Assembly (NCBI GenBank): GCA_035546535.1
Contig: DASZWQ010000111.1
Coordinates: 16,357 to 80,356 of the forward strand
Length of the DNA: 64,000 nt
Direction: 5' to 3'
Source: Pirellulales bacterium
GTDB lineage: Bacteria > Planctomycetota > Planctomycetia > Pirellulales > JACPPG01
Part shown: positions 44,921 to 55,788 of the stretch, piece after piece
Layout of the letters: each line of letters opens with the position of its first letter
Position numbering within the stretch: position 1 is the first letter of the stretch
Translations under genes and position numbers: made by a program
Notes under the pieces: generated by a model
What the model was told of the DNA's origin: nothing
What the model saw: the letters and a program-made list of their open reading frames with translations, nothing else
Database searches by the model: none

Positions 44921-47146
44921 ATGCGAACGCACTTGAGGGAACCACGTTTGCTAAGAGTTCTCGCCACGACGCTCCTGGTGTCGCTGGTAGGAGTTGCCGG
45001 CGCTCAACCCGGGCCCGGTTTTGGCCCCGGCCCGGGGTTTGGACCGGGCGGCCCCGGTGGTCTGCCTCCGGGCTTCGGCCCGCCTCCGGGTTTCGGCCCG
45101 CCTAATCAGCTCGGCACCCTTCTTAACGCGGCCGAAGTGCAGCAAGAGCTACAGCTCACAAGCGCGCAGAAAAAGCAGCTCGAAAAGGTTCTGGCCGACG
45201 ACAGCAAGGAACTCCAGGCCGGCTTTCAAAGGTTCAACCCGACGGAAATGCGCGACATGGAACCTGCCGAGCGCGAGAAGCACTTCGAGCAAATGCAGGA
45301 ACGCATGACCAAGGCATCGCAAAATACGCGGGCCAAGATCAACAAACTACTGCAACCGGCACAGGTCGAGCGACTGGAGCAGTTGCTGCGCCAGCGCGAA
45401 GGCGCCGCGGCGCTCATGCGTCCCCTGGCTGCCAAAGAATTGGGACTGTCCGAAGAGCAGCAGCAGAAGCTCCAAGACTTGCAAGACGATCGGCCGCCTT
45501 TTCTGGTTTCGGAAGATGACCGTAAACAGCAGGAAACCGCGGCGCTGGCCGTGCTCACCTCGGACCAGCAAGCCACGTGGATAAAACTCAAAGGCGCCGA
45601 GTTCAAGTTTCCCGAGTCCGTGCTGCGGCCGCAGTTCCCTGGCGGACCAGGCGGTCCGGGCGGACCGATGCAGCAAGAGAAGCAATTGATCAAGCAGTTC
45701 GACAAGGATGGCAACGGCAAGCTGAACCGCAAGGAGCGCGAAGCCGCTCGTGAATGGCTGAAGAAGAATCCGGCCGGCCGTGGCCCGGGCATTCGACCTC
45801 CTCCAGGTGCGCCGCCGGGAGCTGACGCGGGCGCAGGAAGAAGCACCCGCCCCGAACCGGAAGCGGGTCGGCATATTTCCCCGAGGGACGTAGCCAACGT
45901 CACGTTCCCTCTGTATTCCCTCGAGTCTCCCTTGAGAACTTTGTTCCTCGATTTCGCCGACGCGGATTGGGAAGCGGAACTGGCCGACTTCTACAAGTCG
46001 GATGTGGAAGTGCCCGCCAAGCTCACGGTCGATGGGCGGACATATTCCGACGTCGGGGTCCATTTTCGTGGACTGTCGTCATACTTCGCGGTCCCGGCCG
46101 GTCGCAAGCGATCGCTGAACGTTTCGCTCGACTTCAGCGATTCCAAACAGCGGCTCGATGGCTACAAAACTTTGAATCTGCTGAACTGCCACGAAGACCC
46201 CTCGTGCATGCACACCGTGCTGTATTTCTACATCGCACAGCATTACATCCCCGCGCCCAAGGCGAACTTCGTCAACGTGGTGATCAATGGTGAAAACTGG
46301 GGCCTGTATGCGAACGTGCAACAGTTCGACAAGGTCTTCGTCGAGGAGAATTTTCCCGGCGCCCAAGGATCGCGCTGGAAAATCCCCGGCTCGCCCGGCG
46401 GACGAGGAGGGCTCGAGTACATGGGGGATGACGTGGCGGCGTACAAACGCATCTACCAGATCAAGTCCGCCGACAGGGACGAAGCATGGCAGGCGCTCAT
46501 TCGCCTGTGCCAGACGCTTTCCGAGGCGCCGCTTGAGAAGCTCGAAGCAGAGCTCGCTCCGCAACTCGACATCGACGAGGCGCTGTGGTTTCTGGCCCTG
46601 GAAAATGCTCTCATCAATTCCGACGGTTATTGGATTCGAGCCAGCGACTATTGCCTGTATCGCGATGGGGGCGGACGGTTCCATGTCCTGCCGCACGACG
46701 CGAACGAAACGTTCCAGCCCGGCATGGGGCCCGGTTTTGGCCGACGCGGCGCGAATGCCCGTCGTGGCGATCCCTTGGAACTGGATCCGCTCGTTGGATT
46801 GAACGACCGCTCCAAGCCGTTGCGTAGCCGGTTGCTCTCCGTTCCGAAATTGCAGCAGAAGTACTTGGAGCACGTCCGCGCCATCGCCGAGGATTTCCTC
46901 GATTGGGACGAGTTGGGGCCGATTGTGGATTCGATTGCGACTTCTATCCGTCCGTCCATCGCCGAAAGTACGCGGCAACTCTACTCGATGAAAGAGTTCG
47001 AGTACGCGGTCTCGGCCGAGGAGAATCCGCCGCCCGGCGAAGGTCGCCATTCCGCCGTCTCGTTGCGCGGCTTTGCGCAGAAGCGACACGATTATCTGCT
47101 GGGTTACCCGGCGATTTCGGCGTTGGGATCTCAAGATGCACGCTAG
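44921..47146 (+). CDS. Secreted CotH-family (atypical protein kinase fold) protein with long N-terminal extension
   Basis: Signal peptide LLRVLATTLLVSLVGVAGA. CotH core KTLNLLNCHEDPSCMHTVLYFYIAQHYIPAPKANFVNVVINGENWGLYANVQQFDKVF and catalytic-loop-like FHVLPHDANETF. The N-terminal 325 aa carry GPGF repeats, LTxxQ-like helices and an EF loop. Confidence 0.85.
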   Translation: MRTHLREPRLLRVLATTLLVSLVGVAGAQPGPGFGPGPGFGPGGPGGLPPGFGPPPGFGPPNQLGTLLNAAEVQQELQLTSAQKKQLEKVLADDSKELQAGFQRFNPTEMRDMEPAEREKHFEQMQERMTKASQNTRAKINKLLQPAQVERLEQLLRQREGAAALMRPLAAKELGLSEEQQQKLQDLQDDRPPFLVSEDDRKQQETAALAVLTSDQQATWIKLKGAEFKFPESVLRPQFPGGPGGPGGPMQQEKQLIKQFDKDGNGKLNRKEREAAREWLKKNPAGRGPGIRPPPGAPPGADAGAGRSTRPEPEAGRHISPRDVANVTFPLYSLESPLRTLFLDFADADWEAELADFYKSDVEVPAKLTVDGRTYSDVGVHFRGLSSYFAVPAGRKRSLNVSLDFSDSKQRLDGYKTLNLLNCHEDPSCMHTVLYFYIAQHYIPAPKANFVNVVINGENWGLYANVQQFDKVFVEENFPGAQGSRWKIPGSPGGRGGLEYMGDDVAAYKRIYQIKSADRDEAWQALIRLCQTLSEAPLEKLEAELAPQLDIDEALWFLALENALINSDGYWIRASDYCLYRDGGGRFHVLPHDANETFQPGMGPGFGRRGANARRGDPLELDPLVGLNDRSKPLRSRLLSVPKLQQKYLEHVRAIAEDFLDWDELGPIVDSIATSIRPSIAESTRQLYSMKEFEYAVSAEENPPPGEGRHSAVSLRGFAQKRHDYLLGYPAISALGSQDAR

Positions 47147-47184
47147 AGGTGCCTTTGCGCAGATTTGTGCATCAGACCGGCGTA

Positions 47185-47808
47185 CTACAAATGAATGATC
47201 CCGCGCGCTAGGGCGATCGTCACGGCGTGCGTGCGGTCGGTGGCGTTGAGTTTCGCCAGGATGTTCTGCATGTGCATCTTCACGGTGCCGCTGGCCGTGC
47301 CCAGGCGGGAGGCGATTTCCTTGTTGGCCAGTCCTTGGGCCACCCAGGTCAGTACTTCCACCTCGCGCGGCGTGAGCGCCACCTGTGGGAAGTAGCGGCT
47401 CAAGCGTTCCGCGACCTCGGCCGGCAGCAGCCGCTCGCCCGAGTGGACGATGCGGATCGCGTTGAGCACGTCGGTGTGTACCATTTCCTTCAGCAGGTAG
47501 CCGCGTATTCCGGCCTCGAGCGCTCGGTAGATGTCCTGGTCGCCGTCGAAACTCGTCAGCGCGATGATCTTGGCCTCGGGAAATTCGGCGCGTATCTGGC
47601 GCGTGGCCTCGATACCGTCGACATCGGGCATGCGCAGATCCATGAGCGTCACGTCCGGATGGTGCTTGCGAAACAATTCCACGGCCATGCGGCCGTTCGA
47701 CGCTTCGCCGACTAGTTGGATGTCGGCCTCGTTGGCCAGAATCGACGCAATTCCCTTGCGCACGAGAGAGTGGTCGTCGACACTGAGCACGCGAATCGGT
47801 TCGTTCAT
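47185..47808 (-). CDS. Response regulator, NarL/FixJ family (REC + LuxR-type HTH)
   Basis: VLSVDDH...DVTLMDLRMPDVDG...ALTSF receiver motifs. C-terminal LTPREVEVLTWVAQGLANKEIASRLGTASGTVKMHMQNILAKL. Confidence 0.95.
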   Translation of the reverse strand: MNEPIRVLSVDDHSLVRKGIASILANEADIQLVGEASNGRMAVELFRKHHPDVTLMDLRMPDVDGIEATRQIRAEFPEAKIIALTSFDGDQDIYRALEAGIRGYLLKEMVHTDVLNAIRIVHSGERLLPAEVAERLSRYFPQVALTPREVEVLTWVAQGLANKEIASRLGTASGTVKMHMQNILAKLNATDRTHAVTIALARGIIHL

Positions 47809-47929
47809 GAGATACTATCAATCGCTCGCAAGCAAAAGAATTGCCGGTTAACGGTGCTCCCGAACTCGGTCCGCCGGCGCGGCCGCAACGACATAAACTC
47901 CGTGACCCGTTACACGCGTCAGGATCCAG

Positions 47930-50900
47930 TTATGACGTGATCTCCTTGCCTGGCGAACGCGTCCCTAATTCGGCGGCGCGCGGCATATCGGGCATGGGCA
48001 GCGTCACGCGAATGGCGGTGCCGCGACCCGGCTGCGAGTCGATGCGCAAATCGGCGCCGATTTGCGTGGCGCGCTCCTTCATGCCGATGATGCCGTAATG
48101 GCCCGCACGCACGCCAGGTGCCTCGACGGTGCCAAAGCCGGCGCCGTCGTCCTCGATCGCCAGCAGAATGTGCCGACCCGACCCATCGAGCGTCACGTCG
48201 ATGCTGCGAGCGCCCGAGTGCTTGATCGAATTCGTGATCGCCTCTTGCGTGATGCGAAGAAGATTATATTCGACGTCGACCGGCAATCGCCGCGGACAAT
48301 TGCGCATGTTGAGCCGCAGCCGGATATCGCCAGTTTCGGTCAGTTGCCGTGCCGCTTGAGCGATGGCGGCCGACAAGCCGGACTCGGCGCTGGGATCGTG
48401 TCGCAATCCGGCGACCGAACGCCTGGCGTCGCGCACGCAGTTCGCGGCGTCGCGAATGATTTCCTCGAGCGTGCCGCGCTCCTGAGACCGCGGCAGGCGG
48501 GCCGCCAGAGCTTGCATCTCCATGGTCACTCCGGAAAAACCCTGCATCAGCGTATCGTGCAGCTCGCGAGCAATGCGGCTGCGCTCGGCAACGACGGCCC
48601 GCATCTGATCCTTGATATTGCGGACCCGCAGGCGATAGGCTCCAAAGATGGTCAGCGCCACGGCAGCCGCACAGGAGGGGAGGAACCAAAATGTCTGATA
48701 AAAGTGGGGAAGGATCGTGAAGGAGACGGGTTGGCCGGTTTCCCACTTTGCTTCATCGAAGGTGCGCGCGGCGACAAGAAATTGATACTCGCCGGGCGAC
48801 AAATTCGTGTAAAACGCCTCGCGCCGCGTGCCGGCTTCCACCCAATCGCTGTCGAAACCATCGAGCTTATATCGAAACGCAGTGCGCACGGGCACCACCA
48901 GGCTCAGAGCCGTGTACTCGAACGAAACGTTGGAAGAACCGGGCGAGAGCCGACCAACGGTGCGGAGATCACGCGGTTGACCGTTGACCACCATCTCCTC
49001 AATGACCACGGGAGTGGGCGGCAAGGCGCGCACCAGGCGGCTGGGATCGACCATGATCAGACCGCGAGTGGTCGATTGCCAGACGCGGCCATCGGCAGAT
49101 TTCAGGATGCAGGGCTGCACCTCCTCTTGAACTTCGAACGCACGCGTGGCGTCGGAGAGCCGAAAAGGGGTCGTTTTGAGCTGAGCGCTGCGGCGCGGAT
49201 CGTAGTTCACAAGCTCGAGCCGCGACGTGAAGGAAAGGCCACTGCCAGACGCCATCCAGACGCGGTCGCCGTCGTCGATCAAGACTCCCGAGATCTCGTC
49301 GTCGAGCAGCCCTTCGCGCGTCGTGAAGTGTAATGTGCGGTCGTTGTTGACGAGCCACAGCCCATGGCCAAACGTACCCAGAAAGAGGCCTCCCTCAGGT
49401 CCTCGGCACATCGAGTCAATATCCAGAGCAGCGACCTCGGCATTGGGGAACGGTCGAATTTGGCGGGCAACGATCTGCAGCAACCCAGCGGCCGTCGCGA
49501 CCAGGATGGAACCGTCGTGTTGCGCCAACAATGAACGCACGGGAAGCCGCGCGAGCGTTTCGTCGTCGGGAAACACGAATCGCTCACCTTGCAGTTGGAC
49601 GACGCCTGACGCCGTTCCCGTCCACAGTTCGCCGGCGGGCGTCACGCACAGGCTCGTCACTTCGCGTGACGGCAGTCCCTCCCCCGGCCCGAAATGCTTG
49701 ACGACGCGTCCGTCCTGCACTCGGTCGATTCCCTGGTCCGTACCTACCCAGATTTGCCCGCTGCTGTCGTGAGCCAGGGCGCGGATCGAGTCGCTTGCCA
49801 GGCCGTCGCGCGTGGTGATGGTGTGAAAGTGGCGACCATCGAAATGTGCCAGTCCGGCACCGAGTGTTCCGACCCAAATGCCACCGGTCGCGTCGTTGCA
49901 CAGGGCCCCGATGTTATTGCTGGGAAGGCCTTCGCGGATGGTATAGGGAACCGTCCGGCGATCATTGAACTGATTCAGGCCATGCTTTGTGCCGACCCAC
50001 AGACTACCCTCGCGGTCCTCGTAGATCGCGTACACGTTGCTTTGCGAAAGCCCATCGGCAGCGTCGAAGCTGGCAAACTCGTCGCCGTAGCGACGGCTGA
50101 ACCCGCTGCGGGTACCGATCCACAGCGTGCCGTCGGCGCCTTGGAACAGACAATAGATCGATTCGTCGGGCAGTCCGTCTTTGGTGGTCAGATGCGTTTC
50201 GAGACCATCGTGCAAGTGAATCAACCCGCCCGTCGTTCCCAGCCAGATGGTGCCATCCTTGTCGGCGATGAGCGCCCGAACCGTTCCCTGCGCCGGAAGA
50301 GAATTCAACTGGTGTGAAGTCCACGTGGTGCCATCGAACGAACAGACCTGGTTGCCCGCGCCGCCGACCCAGATGGCGCCATCCTTGGCTTGCGAGACGG
50401 CGCGTACATCTTCGATGGGCATGCCCTGCGTCGCGCCAAAAACGGTCAACTTCTGACCCAGCCGCACGAGCCCCTTATCCGTGCCGGCCCAAACCGAGCC
50501 GTCGCGCATGGCCATGACGCAGTGCACGTCATCCGAGGGCATGCCACTTGCGCGCGTATAGCGCTGATCATTTCCTTCACCGCGATAGCGAATCAACCCG
50601 GCCCCATCCGTAGCGATCCACACATGGCGGGCAGGATCTTCGCAGAGATCGCGAATGCGCAGCTTTTCAGACGAGAGGTCCGCGCAGTTAGGAATCATCG
50701 TAAAGCGAATGCCGTCGAAGCGCACCAGACCTGCCGGTGTACCCAGCCACAGATAACCATCGTGGGTTTGCAGGATCGCATAGATCGTGGGCTGGGGCAG
50801 GCCCTGGGGCAATTGCCAGACTCGATGAAAGGCCTGCGACAGCGAGCGTTGCTGGTCGAGCGCTCGAGCCGGCCCGGCTGGAAGGAATATAAGGATTAGA

Positions 50901-50986
50901 GCAATACAGGCGGCCGGGATGGGATAACGCCGAAGCGGCCATGCCCCCTGGGCGCACATTTCGTCGCTGAACGCGGCGACATTCAT
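47930..50986 (-). CDS. Sensor histidine kinase with periplasmic two-component-regulator propeller repeats and Y_Y_Y domain (HisKA_3 type)
   Basis: ATG at 50986 (MNVAAF...; ORF extends to 51043). Many repeats of the type DGxLWxGTxxGLxxxDG. FRYKLDGFDSDWVEAGTRREAFYTNLSPGEYQF (Y_Y_Y). TM helix. ERSRIARELHDTLMQ (H-box), then an HATPase_c region (DDGAGF, GIIGMKERA). Confidence 0.9.
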   Translation of the reverse strand: MNVAAFSDEMCAQGAWPLRRYPIPAACIALILIFLPAGPARALDQQRSLSQAFHRVWQLPQGLPQPTIYAILQTHDGYLWLGTPAGLVRFDGIRFTMIPNCADLSSEKLRIRDLCEDPARHVWIATDGAGLIRYRGEGNDQRYTRASGMPSDDVHCVMAMRDGSVWAGTDKGLVRLGQKLTVFGATQGMPIEDVRAVSQAKDGAIWVGGAGNQVCSFDGTTWTSHQLNSLPAQGTVRALIADKDGTIWLGTTGGLIHLHDGLETHLTTKDGLPDESIYCLFQGADGTLWIGTRSGFSRRYGDEFASFDAADGLSQSNVYAIYEDREGSLWVGTKHGLNQFNDRRTVPYTIREGLPSNNIGALCNDATGGIWVGTLGAGLAHFDGRHFHTITTRDGLASDSIRALAHDSSGQIWVGTDQGIDRVQDGRVVKHFGPGEGLPSREVTSLCVTPAGELWTGTASGVVQLQGERFVFPDDETLARLPVRSLLAQHDGSILVATAAGLLQIVARQIRPFPNAEVAALDIDSMCRGPEGGLFLGTFGHGLWLVNNDRTLHFTTREGLLDDEISGVLIDDGDRVWMASGSGLSFTSRLELVNYDPRRSAQLKTTPFRLSDATRAFEVQEEVQPCILKSADGRVWQSTTRGLIMVDPSRLVRALPPTPVVIEEMVVNGQPRDLRTVGRLSPGSSNVSFEYTALSLVVPVRTAFRYKLDGFDSDWVEAGTRREAFYTNLSPGEYQFLVAARTFDEAKWETGQPVSFTILPHFYQTFWFLPSCAAAVALTIFGAYRLRVRNIKDQMRAVVAERSRIARELHDTLMQGFSGVTMEMQALAARLPRSQERGTLEEIIRDAANCVRDARRSVAGLRHDPSAESGLSAAIAQAARQLTETGDIRLRLNMRNCPRRLPVDVEYNLLRITQEAITNSIKHSGARSIDVTLDGSGRHILLAIEDDGAGFGTVEAPGVRAGHYGIIGMKERATQIGADLRIDSQPGRGTAIRVTLPMPDMPRAAELGTRSPGKEITS

Positions 50987-51346
50987 AGCGCTACGCTCCT
51001 GGCTCGCGCGAAAATGCAACCAATGGCCCGGGAAAACCGGCAAAAGTGGCGCAGGATTTGGACCCCGGAAAACACCACGGCCGTTCCCTACCCTTCACTA
51101 TAGCCGTGCCTGGCCCGGTGCGAGAAGCGAGCGCGAAATGTGCCCTTACGCACGGTATGCCGAAAAGCATAGTCATAATACTGCTGCCTTGCGATTGCCG
51201 CGGGGACAATTTACGTACATGATACTGAGGGTGGGGAATCCGTAGGGATGGGCGGCTGCGGCAGGGGCGGCCATGCGACGCGTTTCCGGGGACCGGCATT
51301 GGCCGGGATCCGGCGAACGTTTTGAAGATGCCCGCAGCGCAACAGG

Positions 51347-52657
51347 GTGGCCAGAATGATCTCGAAGGTCCTCGTCAAAGCGCCGGTGGAACGCTCCAAG
51401 ACGGCGAGCGAATTTCCGCCGGTTCAGCCGGGGCCGCCGCCGAAGAAAATCGGGCGCGGCTTGCTGAAGCTGGCGGTAGTTTCCGTGGCAGCCGCGGCCG
51501 CTTATTTTTTCGTTCCCTGGGGAACGATTTCAGTCACGTCGCTCACTTCACTCTGGAGCGGTGGCAAACCCATTGAGGCGCCACCGCCGCGCCCCATCCC
51601 TGTCGTTGCGGTGCCTGCGCACGTGGGCGACATGAATCTGAACCTCAACGGCCTGGGGAACGTGACGGCGTTGTATTCGGTGATCTTGAAGAGCCGCGTC
51701 GACGGCGAATTGATCAAAGTAGCGTTCACCGAAGGACAGGTGGTGAATAAAGGGGATCTGCTCGCCGAGATCGATCCCCGTCCCTACGAAGTCATGAAAC
51801 GGCAGTTACAAGGCCAGTTGCTCAAGGACGAGGCGGCGTTGAAGATCGCACAGCTGAATCTCGATCGGTACACGGCCCTATTGCCCAACAGGACCGTGAC
51901 GCAACAACAGGTCGACGAGCAGATTGCCCTGGTGAAACAGTGCGAAGGCGCGATCGAAGCCGACCAGGCTTCGATCAAGAACATCGACTTGCAATTGCAG
52001 TATTGCAAGATCGTCGCTCCCATCCCTGGCACGATCGGACTGCGGCTTGTCGACCCAGGAAACATGGTGAAGGCCAACGACCCGACCGGCATGGCCGTCA
52101 TTAATCAGTTGCAGCCGATCACGGTCGTCTTCACGATCCCGCAAGACGACATCGCCCGCATACAGCGGCAGATCAATGCCGGTGTGCAGTTGAAGGTCGA
52201 CGCCTACGATCGCGACTTCAAGAACAAGCTGGCGACCGGCGACCTGATGGCCTTGGACAACCAGGTGGACGTCACGACCGGCACCGTGCGTTTGAAAGCC
52301 AAGTTTTCCAATGAAGACCACATGCTGTTTCCCAATCAGTTCGTGAACGCGCGCCTGTTGGTGGACACGATTCACGACGCCGTGATCGTGCCGGCCCCTG
52401 CCGTGCAGCAAGGCCCCAAGGGAACGTTCGTGTACGTCGTAGGTAAGGATTCGCAGGTCGAGGTTCGCGATGTTACGGTGGGGGCCACGGAAGCAGATCA
52501 GACGGTGATTAAAAGCGGCCTGGCCGACCATGAGTTGGTCGTCGTCGACGGTGTCGATAAGCTGCGGCAGGGAACCAAGGTTGCCCTGCGCGAGAACAGT
52601 CGCTCTGGCGAAGGCGGCTCCGGCCCGGTAGCGCGTGCCGATAAACAAGGGACCTGA
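51347..52657 (+). CDS. mdtA: RND efflux periplasmic adaptor (membrane fusion protein), MdtA-like
   Basis: GTG at 51347 or ATG at 51356. Lipoyl/hairpin/beta-barrel pattern: [32 protein letters not shown], coiled-coil region, [13 protein letters not shown]. Stop overlaps the mdtB ATG (TGATG). Confidence 0.9.
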   Translation: MARMISKVLVKAPVERSKTASEFPPVQPGPPPKKIGRGLLKLAVVSVAAAAAYFFVPWGTISVTSLTSLWSGGKPIEAPPPRPIPVVAVPAHVGDMNLNLNGLGNVTALYSVILKSRVDGELIKVAFTEGQVVNKGDLLAEIDPRPYEVMKRQLQGQLLKDEAALKIAQLNLDRYTALLPNRTVTQQQVDEQIALVKQCEGAIEADQASIKNIDLQLQYCKIVAPIPGTIGLRLVDPGNMVKANDPTGMAVINQLQPITVVFTIPQDDIARIQRQINAGVQLKVDAYDRDFKNKLATGDLMALDNQVDVTTGTVRLKAKFSNEDHMLFPNQFVNARLLVDTIHDAVIVPAPAVQQGPKGTFVYVVGKDSQVEVRDVTVGATEADQTVIKSGLADHELVVVDGVDKLRQGTKVALRENSRSGEGGSGPVARADKQGT

Positions 52658-55600
52658 TGAACCCGTCTCGGCCATTCATCCTGCGGCCCGTCGCGACGGT
52701 GCTGTTCATGGCCGCGATTCTGCTCTCGGGCATCGTCGCCTATTATCAGCTCCCTGTTTCGGCCCTGCCGCAGGTCGACTACCCAACGATCCAGGTGGTC
52801 ACCTTTTACCCTGGCGCGAGCCCGGAGGTGATGGCCTCGAGCGTGACGAGCCCCTTGGAGCGTCAATTCGGTCAGGTTCCAGGTCTGAACCAGATGACAT
52901 CGAACAGCTCGGAAGGCTGCTCGGTCATCACGCTGCAATTCATTCTCGATTTGAACATCGACGTGGCCGAGCAGCAGGTTCAGGCCGCGATCAATGCCGC
53001 GGCGACGTTTCTGCCGCGCGATCTGCCGGTGCCGCCGATCTATAGCAAAACGAATCCGGCCGACGCCCCGATCCTGACCCTGGCACTGACCTCGGCCACC
53101 TTGCCGTTGCCGAAAGTGCAGGACTTTGCCGACACCCGGTTGGCGCAAAAGATCTCGCAACTCTCGGGCGTCGGCCTGGTGAGCATCAGCGGTGGACAGA
53201 AGCCGGCCGTGCGCGTGCAGGTCAATCCGACCGCGCTTTCCGCGCTAGGGCTGAGCATGGAGGACCTGCGTGCTGCCGTCACGGCGGCCAACGTCAACCA
53301 GGCCAAGGGGAGCTTCGATGGCAGCCGGCAAGCCTTCACGATCGGCGCCAACGATCAACTGTTGACCAGCGACCAGTATCGCAAGTTGATCGTCGCTTAC
53401 CGCAACGGCGCCCCGGTGCTGATGTCGGACGTGGCCGACGTGGTCGACGGCGTGGAAAACCTGCGGCAGGCGGCCTGGATGGACGACCTGCCGGCCGTGA
53501 TCCTGAACATTCGGCGTCAGCCGGGCGCGAACATCATCGACGTCGTCGAACGCGTCAAACAGTTGCTCGTGCAGTTGAAGGCCTCGCTGCCGGCCGCCGT
53601 CACCGTCACCGTACTCACGGACCGTACCACGACGATCCGCGCCAGTGTCGAAGACGTGCAGTTCGAACTCGTGCTGACGATCGGGCTGGTCGTGCTCGTG
53701 ATCTTCCTCTTCTTGCGCAGTTTCACCGCCACCATCATTCCCAGTATCGCGGTGCCACTGTCGCTAGTCGGCACGTTCGCCGTTATGTACATGCTGGGCT
53801 ACAGTCTCAATAACCTGACACTGATGGCGCTGACGATCTCGACCGGGTTCGTCGTGGACGACGCCATCGTGATGATCGAAAATATCTCCCGGTATATCGA
53901 ACAGGGCGAAAACGCCATGTCGGCAGCCCTCAAGGGAGCGGCCGAGATCGGCTTTACGATCGTATCGCTGACGATCTCCTTGATCGCGGTGCTGATTCCC
54001 CTGTTGTTCATGGGGGATATCGTCGGGCGCCTGTTCCGCGAATTCGCCGTCACGCTGAGCGTAACAATCCTCGTGTCGGCGCTCGTGTCCTTGACCCTGA
54101 CGCCGATGATGAGCGCTCGCATTCTGCGCCACCATCCGCAAGCGCACCAGGGTTTCTTTTACCGGACGAGCGAAACCTTCTTCGAGACCGTGATTCGCTG
54201 GTATGGGCACACGCTGACGTGGGTACTACGCTTCGAATACACCACGCTGCTGGTGGCCATCGCCACGCTCGTGGCCACCGTGTACTTGTACATCATCGTG
54301 CCCAAGGGATTTTTTCCGGTGCAGGATACGGGCGTGATCTTGGGCATTTCCGAGGCATCTAACAGCATCAGCTTTCCGGCCATGGCCGAGTTGCAGCAGA
54401 AGCTGGCCAAGGTAATTCTCGAGGATCCAGCCGTGGACAGCCTGTCGTCATTCATCGGCATCGACGGCACGAATACGACGCTCAGCAGCGGCCGGATCCA
54501 GATCAACCTCAAACCGCTCGAGGAGAGGCACCCCTCGTCGGCCAGCGACGTCATTCGCCGGTTGCAAAAGAAGCTCGAACCGATCGAAGGCATCACCCTC
54601 TACATGCAACCGATCCAGGATCTGACGGTCGAAACCCGCGTCAGCCGCACGCAGTTTCAGTACAGCCTGGAAGATCCGGACGCCAAGGAGCTGAGCGAAT
54701 GGGTACCGCAACTCGTTGCGCGCCTGCAGGCCTGCCCGCAATTGCGCGACGTTACGAGCGACCTGCAGGACGAAGGACGCCAGGTGCGCGTGGTGATCGA
54801 TCGCGATAGCGCTTCGCGCCTGGGTATCACGCCGCAAATGATCGACGACGTCCTGTACGACGCCTTCGGCCAACGGCAGATCTCGATGATGTTCACCCAG
54901 TTGAATCAGTACCGCGTGGTGCTCGAAGTGAAGCCGGAGTTCCGCGACAACCCCAAGGACATCGGCAATATCTACATCCATGCGCCGCTGGCGGGCAAAG
55001 TGCCGCTAAGCACCTTCACGCGCATCGAGGAAGTGACGGCGCCGCTGGTGGTGAATCACCAGGGGCAATTTCCGGTGTCGACGGTGTCGTTCAACTTGGC
55101 GCCGGGAGTCTCGCTGGGCGAAGCGGTCGACGCCGTCGATGCTGTGAAGCAAGAGCTCAACATGCCGGCCAGCATCCAAGCCACGTTCCAAGGCACGGCC
55201 AAGGCGTTTCAAGCGTCGCTGCGTAACGAACCGCTGTTGATCCTGGCGGCCCTGGTCACGGTATACATCGTGCTGGGCGTCCTCTACGAGAGCTACATCC
55301 ATCCGATCACGATCCTCTCGACGCTGCCGTCAGCGGGCGTGGGCGCGCTCTTGGCCCTGCTCTGGTACCGGATGGATTTGAACGTGATCGCGTTGATCGG
55401 CATCATTCTTTTGATCGGCATCGTCAAGAAAAACGCGATCATGATGATCGACTTTGCGCTAGAAGCCGAGCGCAACGAAGGCAAGGCGCCGCGCGAGGCC
55501 ATCTACGAAGCCTGCCTGCTGCGGTTCCGACCGATCATGATGACCACGATGGCGGCCCTGCTCGGCGCTTTGCCCTTGGCGCTGGGCGAAGGCGTGGGCT

Positions 55601-55788
55601 CCGAGCTGCGCCGCCCGCTCGGCGTCACGATCATCGGTGGACTGTTGGTCAGCCAGGTGCTGACGCTGTATACGACGCCGGTCATTTACCTGGCCTTCGA
55701 TCGGCTGGGGCGATATTTGCGGCGCCAACCGCGTCCGGCCGTGGCTGGCGGACTCCATTCCTCGCCTCATGCGGAGGACTGGACGTGA
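52657..55788 (+). CDS. mdtB: RND multidrug efflux permease, MdtB-like
   Basis: N-terminus [53 protein letters not shown] is near-collinear with my recollection of E. coli MdtB. Also [22 protein letters not shown] and 12-TM architecture. Confidence 0.95.
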   Translation: MNPSRPFILRPVATVLFMAAILLSGIVAYYQLPVSALPQVDYPTIQVVTFYPGASPEVMASSVTSPLERQFGQVPGLNQMTSNSSEGCSVITLQFILDLNIDVAEQQVQAAINAAATFLPRDLPVPPIYSKTNPADAPILTLALTSATLPLPKVQDFADTRLAQKISQLSGVGLVSISGGQKPAVRVQVNPTALSALGLSMEDLRAAVTAANVNQAKGSFDGSRQAFTIGANDQLLTSDQYRKLIVAYRNGAPVLMSDVADVVDGVENLRQAAWMDDLPAVILNIRRQPGANIIDVVERVKQLLVQLKASLPAAVTVTVLTDRTTTIRASVEDVQFELVLTIGLVVLVIFLFLRSFTATIIPSIAVPLSLVGTFAVMYMLGYSLNNLTLMALTISTGFVVDDAIVMIENISRYIEQGENAMSAALKGAAEIGFTIVSLTISLIAVLIPLLFMGDIVGRLFREFAVTLSVTILVSALVSLTLTPMMSARILRHHPQAHQGFFYRTSETFFETVIRWYGHTLTWVLRFEYTTLLVAIATLVATVYLYIIVPKGFFPVQDTGVILGISEASNSISFPAMAELQQKLAKVILEDPAVDSLSSFIGIDGTNTTLSSGRIQINLKPLEERHPSSASDVIRRLQKKLEPIEGITLYMQPIQDLTVETRVSRTQFQYSLEDPDAKELSEWVPQLVARLQACPQLRDVTSDLQDEGRQVRVVIDRDSASRLGITPQMIDDVLYDAFGQRQISMMFTQLNQYRVVLEVKPEFRDNPKDIGNIYIHAPLAGKVPLSTFTRIEEVTAPLVVNHQGQFPVSTVSFNLAPGVSLGEAVDAVDAVKQELNMPASIQATFQGTAKAFQASLRNEPLLILAALVTVYIVLGVLYESYIHPITILSTLPSAGVGALLALLWYRMDLNVIALIGIILLIGIVKKNAIMMIDFALEAERNEGKAPREAIYEACLLRFRPIMMTTMAALLGALPLALGEGVGSELRRPLGVTIIGGLLVSQVLTLYTTPVIYLAFDRLGRYLRRQPRPAVAGGLHSSPHAEDWT

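Noticed and set aside
29920-47146. Apparent enrichment of EF-hand loops in three unrelated secreted proteins (29920..32052, 35721..37460, 44921..47146) as a calcium regulon.
   Set aside because: EF-hand and dockerin-like loops are very common in planctomycetal secreted proteins. The three genes are in separate transcription units, so clustering is probably coincidental.
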